A stretch of 64,000 bases of DNA, taken from the NCBI RefSeq assembly GCF_964204645.1, contig NC_134025.1:7936001-8000000 (forward strand), written 5' to 3'. Both the position numbers and the translations under genes were made by a program. This DNA comes from Tubulanus polymorphus. Its lineage: Eukaryota > Animalia > Nemertea. Of this stretch, positions 61,267-64,000 are shown one piece after another (positions within the stretch are counted from its first letter, which is position 1; each line of letters begins with the position of its first letter). The notes under the pieces were generated by a model. It saw only the letters and a program-made list of their open reading frames with translations, did no database searches and was not told the origin of the DNA.

Positions 61267-62826
61267 TTAACCAGTGATATTTAAATGATTGTTACGCTCA
61301 GGAGGTTTAAACTTTTGAACAAACGTGGCAGTTAAATCCAAATAAAACTGCGGATCATTCGGAAGATAGTTCCTGTATTCAAAATTAACATTCTTTTTTG
61401 GCACAGCCATTTCAATTTGTGTTCCTTCATGCCATTCATTGAAAGATGTAATAGTAATTATAATCGGGTTAATCTCAAGTGCCGCCTCGAAATGATTCCT
61501 ATAATAAGTTCCTCTCGTTCTACGCCTGGTATTCGCGCTATTCCACGGACGAACTTGTTCGTCGTCGTAGCCCGGACCGACGCTCGGTATGAAATACATA
61601 TTTTTTTCAGCAGCTCGGTATTTTAGTAGTTTCCAATTGTTCATCGACGACCCGAATGTGAACCCATCGCTCGCGAAATACGAGTAAAATGCGTCGAATC
61701 CGCTGCGCGATATTTTTGCTACGTCAAATTCACCGACGACGAGACCGACGAAAAATGCATCTAAACCTGATCCTCGAATCGAAGACATTTTGTGCGGTTT
61801 TAAAAGCTGTGACCAGTGTGCTTCACCAATCAGATACGAGTCATACACGTAGAAAACAGGTAATTTCCGTTTTCTGAATGTTCGCGTGTAAAATGCTGGA
61901 TGTGACCCATATTTCCGTTTGATATAAACAAGATCTTTCCGCACTGTCGTAATACTTCTACCCTCATACGGTTCAAGATGAAAAGTTACCTGAAAAGAAT
62001 TTTTTTCAAAGAAATATTCGGCACAAAAATATTGCATTGCTTGAATGAAAGCCATAGATTTAACATACCTTGATATCGTACGAGTTCGCAATATTGAACA
62101 AACCTATCAACCAATCTTCATTTGAAGCAGCAACTTCGGAGGGATACCATGTTACAACAATTACACCTATAAAGAATAAGCAAGAGAAACAATAAACACG
62201 GTATGGGTATTTTCAAGCGCACTAGTATAACTTTCACGCGTTCTCAATGGGCCTTACTTACCTATACCAGCATATAACAACTGTTTCATATGCAAATCAA
62301 TAATAGTTGGATCTCTCGAACTATACGCTCCTAAAGCTGGATAAAAACTGGCGCCGATATCATGAGGCGGTGCGTGTGTTCGATTCGGCCACTTTTTTGC
62401 GACATCTTTATCCCAATGCTTGATATATTCATGGTTCCAGTGTTTATACTTTCCGTCATGTAAAGGATTACCGTACCACGGGTAATAAAATACATGCACG
62501 TTATAATTGAGATTTGTCGATTTCTTTTTGTCGAGTAAAACCTTGTACTTTTCAAACTCAATCGAGGATGCTTTTAAAGATTCTTTCAATTTGGCATTTC
62601 CATCATCGACAGGATGTAAATCTTGTCGTTTTATATCATTCCTTTTCTTCGTTATAATATTCAGTTTGTTAAAGTTAGTGTGAACCTCTGCGATGTCGTG
62701 AGTCTGGATGGTAAAGGCAATGAAGCAAATTAAAGCGATCAGCAGTAAAACCACAAAGTAGTAGTATTTCCTCAAACTCCTCAGTTTCAGCGGTCGGATT
62801 AGTGTGCGTTTCCATTGAGTCTTCAT
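61267..62826 (-). CDS. MANEA: Glycoprotein endo-alpha-1,2-mannosidase (GH99), Golgi type II membrane protein
   Basis: Exons 62826-62262, 62166-62069, 61989-61267. N-terminal TM anchor, VHVFYYPWYGNP...YKHWNH, DIGASFYPALGAYSSRDP, FHLEPY, YVYDSY, YSYFASDGFTFGSS, FIPSVGPGY, and catalytic ITSFNEWHEGTQIE. Confidence 0.95.
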
Positions 62827-64000
62827 GACGGCTGAAATTATTCGACATTAACATATTATAGATTATTTGTATGGGAGGGAGAAAAGTGAATTGTGCCACG
62901 TTTTGGAACTTAGTTAATGGAGACGTATATCATATTATGAAAGAGAAAATCTGGGAAAGGAACAAGGGTCAATTTGACTTAGATAGAGTTTTTGACATCC
63001 AAAACAAAACCATCTCCGGCTGCTGCGTATTTCAACAAAACATCATCATCAGTTCAGTCACTCTTTCATCCACCACAATATATCATTTACAGATGTGGGG
63101 TGAATAAAACTTGTGATGCAAGTGTCATAATAATTAGGCTGTCATATAGAAAATGGATTTATGCCTCTCACCCAATTTAGCCTTCGGTTACACACATTGC
63201 CAACCCATCAGTGAATAATTTGACAGCAGTTTGACAACTTTTCGACACCGTTAGCTGCTGCCACCTGACGGTCGTACATTCGTAACGAGAAAACTGATTG
63301 GTCGCTAACTCGTAAATATGTCCAATCACAGCTCCCGTTACTTCGATTTCAAGTGAACGGTGTGCGGCCATTTTCCTGATATTCAGTGCATGGTTCCGAA
63401 AAAATAAATAATGTTATTTTGAACCCGTTCTCGAGCACGATGGAGAGTGTGAGAGCCTTTAACAATGAGGTCAGCTCCGTTTTACATGTTTCATAATTTG
63501 TTTACGCAATCTGAATGTGTAACTTAACTGTAAATCGCATTGGTTTTCCTTCATTATCTCTTGTTTGTTGTGCGCGTCTCTCTCCCTCCGCCGTCCGGAC
63601 CGAACCGACGACAACCTGGGCGTGCAGTATCGTCTTGTGACCTGTCGCCCCCCAGCCCCCTAGCTTCGGCCATCAGTCGCTGCCCCGAACTTTTGTAATG
63701 TGCCCTTATTTGTCCTAATTTCGAGTGGGAGGAGACTTAAGATTTTAAATCTAAAATTAATAATGTGATACTTCTTGGCCAAAAATAAATTTTCATTTTG
63801 TTTCACTCAATTCACACTGGTAATGAGGGGAAGATTAAGAGTACAACCTAAAGAATATGTTTAGTCCACTTCTGTTTGATACTGAAGAAAAACCATAGAG
63901 AACCACATGATAATGATATTCATCTGCTTTAATATCACTTTATTACAGCTTTCCTCATTGTATGAGACGAAGCCGCCGGTTTCACGAGGAAAAATGGCAA

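Overview
AT-rich, gene-dense animal genomic DNA with many short GT-AG introns. An invertebrate, probably lophotrochozoan, source is an inference from gene content (Mdm2/4 orthologue, atypical IP3R/RyR-like channel, secreted multi-vWA protein). Hand-spliced genes in order: 3' part of a divergent IP3R/RyR-family Ca2+-release channel (+, to 19008); an intronless Tctex1-domain gene (+); a 3-exon secreted cysteine-rich prepropeptide missed by the ORF track (-); a 3-exon orphan gene with an internal repeat (+); a secreted 3x vWA protein (-); a CD164/porimin-type sialomucin (-) head-to-head with PPIL6 (+); an Mdm2/Mdm4 orthologue (-) head-to-head with DYNLT1 (+); and MANEA, a GH99 endomannosidase (-). 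Several MITE-like elements and AT/GA microsatellites are also present. The strongest leads are the channel's non-canonical pore (RFGLIGD instead of GLRSGGGVGD) and altered Ca2+-site residues, the hidden 9-Cys toxin/defensin-like peptide, and a candidate p53-responsive internal promoter in the Mdm 5' intron. All gene models were made by eye and family comparisons are from memory; no database searches were run.
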